Shown here: piece by piece, positions 62,101 through 64,000 of the stretch
Layout of the letters: every line of letters begins with the position of its first letter
Numbering within the stretch: position 1 is the stretch's first letter
Source: an uncultured Eubacteriales bacterium
GTDB taxonomy: Bacteria; Bacillota_I; Bacilli_A; RFN20; CAG-826
Assembly (NCBI GenBank): GCA_963652335.1
Contig: CAVJSS010000003.1
Coordinates: forward strand, 786-64,785
Reading direction: 5' to 3'
DNA length: 64,000 bases
Made by a program: the position numbers and the translations under genes
Notes under the pieces: model-generated
Databases searched by the model: none
The model's input: the letters and a program-made list of their open reading frames with translations, nothing else
What the model was told of the DNA's origin: nothing

Positions 62101-63219
62101 TTATTTTTTTCTTCCAAAGAAGGAAGATTTTTTCCCGTCTTCGTTCTTAAATTGCCTTAAAAGCTCTTTTTGGGTTTGGCTTAAATTGGTCGGGGTCCTG
62201 ACTTTGATATGGAGGTATTCGTTCCCAGGTTTCCCGTTCCTGAGGTCTTTTATGCCTCTTTCCTTCAAACGGATGATTTGATCTGGTTGGGTGCCTTCCG
62301 GGATGGTGACGTTGACGTCGCCATAAACGGTCGGAACGACGATTTCGGTCCCTAAGGCACAGTCGACGAAGGAAAGGCTGACATTCACGTGGATATCGTT
62401 CCCGTCTCTTAGGAAAGTCTTATCGTCGGCGATTCTGATTTCGACGTAAAGGTCGCCGTTTGGGCCGCCGTTATATCCTCTGCCGCCTTTTCCTTGGACG
62501 CGGATTTGCTGGCCGGAATTGATGCCGGCTGGGATTTTTACTTCGAGGTTCTTTTTGATTCGGCTATATCCAGCCCCGTTGCAGGTATGGCATTTTTCTC
62601 TGATGGTTTTGCCTACCCCATTGCATCTTGGGCAGGTTTGTTCGCTTTCCATCATCCCAAAGAGGGTTTGTTGCCTGGCTTTGACCGTTCCTCTCCCTCC
62701 GCATTGAGGGCAGGTTATGAAATCTGATGGGTTTTCGGCTCCGGTCCCGCCGCAATGTGGGCATGGCTCGTCATAAGCGGCGTTTACGGTGATGGTCGTG
62801 CCTTTGACCGCGTCCATGAAATTGATCTTGACGCGATAAAGAGTGTCTTCGCCTTTGCGGGGACCGCTTGAGGATTGGCGGCTTCTTCCGCCCCCAAAGA
62901 AAGATGAGAAAATGTCGTTGAGATCCATCCCATCCATTCCTCCCATGTTGCCGAAACCGTTAGCGAAAGGATTGCCTCCGGCACCGGCTCCGTTTTCGGA
63001 GAAAGCATCTGGTCCGAATCTATCGTATTGAGCGCGTTTGTTATCATCGTAGAGGACATCATAAGCTTCCTGGATCTCTTCGAATCTCTTCGGGGCATCC
63101 GGGTCTTTGTTCACGTCTGGGTGATATTTCTTGGCTAGTTTCCTATAGGCGGATTTGATTTCGTCCTTGGTCGCGTTTTTGTTTATGCCAAGGACTTCGT
63201 AATAATCTTTTTTAGCCAT
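62101..63219 (-). CDS. dnaJ: chaperone DnaJ
   Basis: J domain (KDYYEVLGI...YHPD), a G/F region, and four CxxCxGxG zinc repeats. Confidence 0.97.
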   Translation of the reverse strand: MAKKDYYEVLGINKNATKDEIKSAYRKLAKKYHPDVNKDPDAPKRFEEIQEAYDVLYDDNKRAQYDRFGPDAFSENGAGAGGNPFANGFGNMGGMDGMDLNDIFSSFFGGGRSRQSSSGPRKGEDTLYRVKINFMDAVKGTTITVNAAYDEPCPHCGGTGAENPSDFITCPQCGGRGTVKARQQTLFGMMESEQTCPRCNGVGKTIREKCHTCNGAGYSRIKKNLEVKIPAGINSGQQIRVQGKGGRGYNGGPNGDLYVEIRIADDKTFLRDGNDIHVNVSLSFVDCALGTEIVVPTVYGDVNVTIPEGTQPDQIIRLKERGIKDLRNGKPGNEYLHIKVRTPTNLSQTQKELLRQFKNEDGKKSSFFGRKK

Positions 63220-63287
63220 GTTTGGTCCTCCTTATTCAAGAAGGAAAGAGGGCAGTGCCCTCTCTCCTTTGGATGTTATTGATCTTA

Positions 63288-64000
63288 TTAGGATTTATGG
63301 TCGGTGAAATCGGCATCGACGACGTCATCGGATTTGGTATCGGAAGCGGTTGAAGAATCGGATGGATTGCCTTGGGCTTGCTGGCTTTGATAGGCAGCGG
63401 CCGCGGCGTCTTCCAATCTTCCGACGATCTCGCGGAGCTTTTCGATGTCGTTGGTTTCGATGGCGCCTTGGGCTTCGTCGCGGAGTTTGGTCATCTGTTC
63501 CTTTTGATCGGCTGGGATGCTGTCTCCTTTTTCGACCAATGTGCGGTTGATCTCATCGACGTAGGTTTGGGCTTTGTTCTTGACTTCGATGTCGCCTTTT
63601 CTCTTTTCGTCGGCTTCTTTGTTTTCCTCGGCTTCTTTGACCATGCGGTCGATGTCGGCTTTGGAGAGTCCGTTGGAGCCGGAGATGGTGATGTTCTGTT
63701 CTTGGTTGGAATCAAGATCTTTGGCGGAGACCTTCACGATGCCGTTCACGTCGATCGAGAATGTCACTTCGATCCTTGGTTGGCCTTTTCTGGCTGGTTT
63801 GATGCCAGAAAGGGTGAAGTGGCCTAAGAGTTTGTTGTCATGAGCCATAGGACGTTCGCCTTGATAGACCATGATGTCCACCGCTGGCTGATCGTCTTGG
63901 GCCGTGGAGAAGATTTGGCTCTTGGTGGTTGGGATGGTGGTGTTCCTTGGAATCAATGGGGTCATCACGCCGCCTAAGGTTTCGATGCCTAAGGTAAGCG
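63288..64000 (-). CDS. dnaK: chaperone DnaK, C-terminal part only (continues beyond window)
   Basis: The substrate-binding and lid domains are present ([34 protein letters not shown]). The frame stays open to base 64000. Confidence 0.96.
   Translation of the reverse strand, partial: LTLGIETLGGVMTPLIPRNTTIPTTKSQIFSTAQDDQPAVDIMVYQGERPMAHDNKLLGHFTLSGIKPARKGQPRIEVTFSIDVNGIVKVSAKDLDSNQEQNITISGSNGLSKADIDRMVKEAEENKEADEKRKGDIEVKNKAQTYVDEINRTLVEKGDSIPADQKEQMTKLRDEAQGAIETNDIEKLREIVGRLEDAAAAAYQSQQAQGNPSDSSTASDTKSDDVVDADFTDHKS

Noticed and set aside
1-64000. A search for tRNA, rRNA, tmRNA, CRISPR repeats, IS elements/transposases, integrases other than XerD, and toxin-antitoxin or restriction-modification genes.
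   Set aside because: I recognised none on either strand. The only repeats found are the short ones listed above. The scan was by eye, so small RNAs cannot be excluded.

Overview
This is a gene-dense, low-to-moderate GC chromosomal segment from a Bacillota/Mycoplasmatota-like bacterium using the standard genetic code (long ORFs are not interrupted by TGA). I found no rRNA, tRNA, CRISPR array, transposase or prophage gene.

Gene content and order follow compacted versions of well-known Bacillus subtilis housekeeping clusters:
- Left half, + strand: valS, radC, rplU-prp-rpmA, obg, ruvAB, secDF, recJ, relA, hisS-aspS, tkt, nusB-xseAB, dinB, xerD-deoB.
- Right half, mostly - strand: rsfS, nadD/yqeK, yhbY, yqeG, parCE, efp, rpmG, Nif3-family gene-trmK-sigA-dnaG-glyQS-recO-era-cdd-ybeY, rpsU, deoC, rpmF, mtaB-rsmE, dnaJ-dnaK. 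ispG and ispH lie on the + strand.

The two blocks converge on a 620-bp non-coding AT-rich zone (25488-26109). It contains a good 28-bp dif-like Xer site (25844-25871), so the window probably spans the replication terminus.

The only clearly accessory region is about 47-57 kb:
- a C39-peptidase/TMD protein without an ATPase domain
- a frameshifted nitroreductase
- two decayed wHTH/ATPase-type regulator remnants
- two glycosyltransferases
- an orphan AAA/DUF4143 ATPase preceded by 3 x 34-bp tandem repeats
- a three-gene operon for uncharacterised N-terminally anchored surface proteins (892 aa and about 209 aa); the middle gene is split by a unique G8 homopolymer, a candidate phase-variation switch or a homopolymer assembly error

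A recurrent pattern is a -10 hexamer 6-10 nt upstream of SD-less ATG starts, at seven or more genes, which suggests leaderless mRNAs.

All calls rest on reading the translations and sequence by eye. No database search or computation was run.
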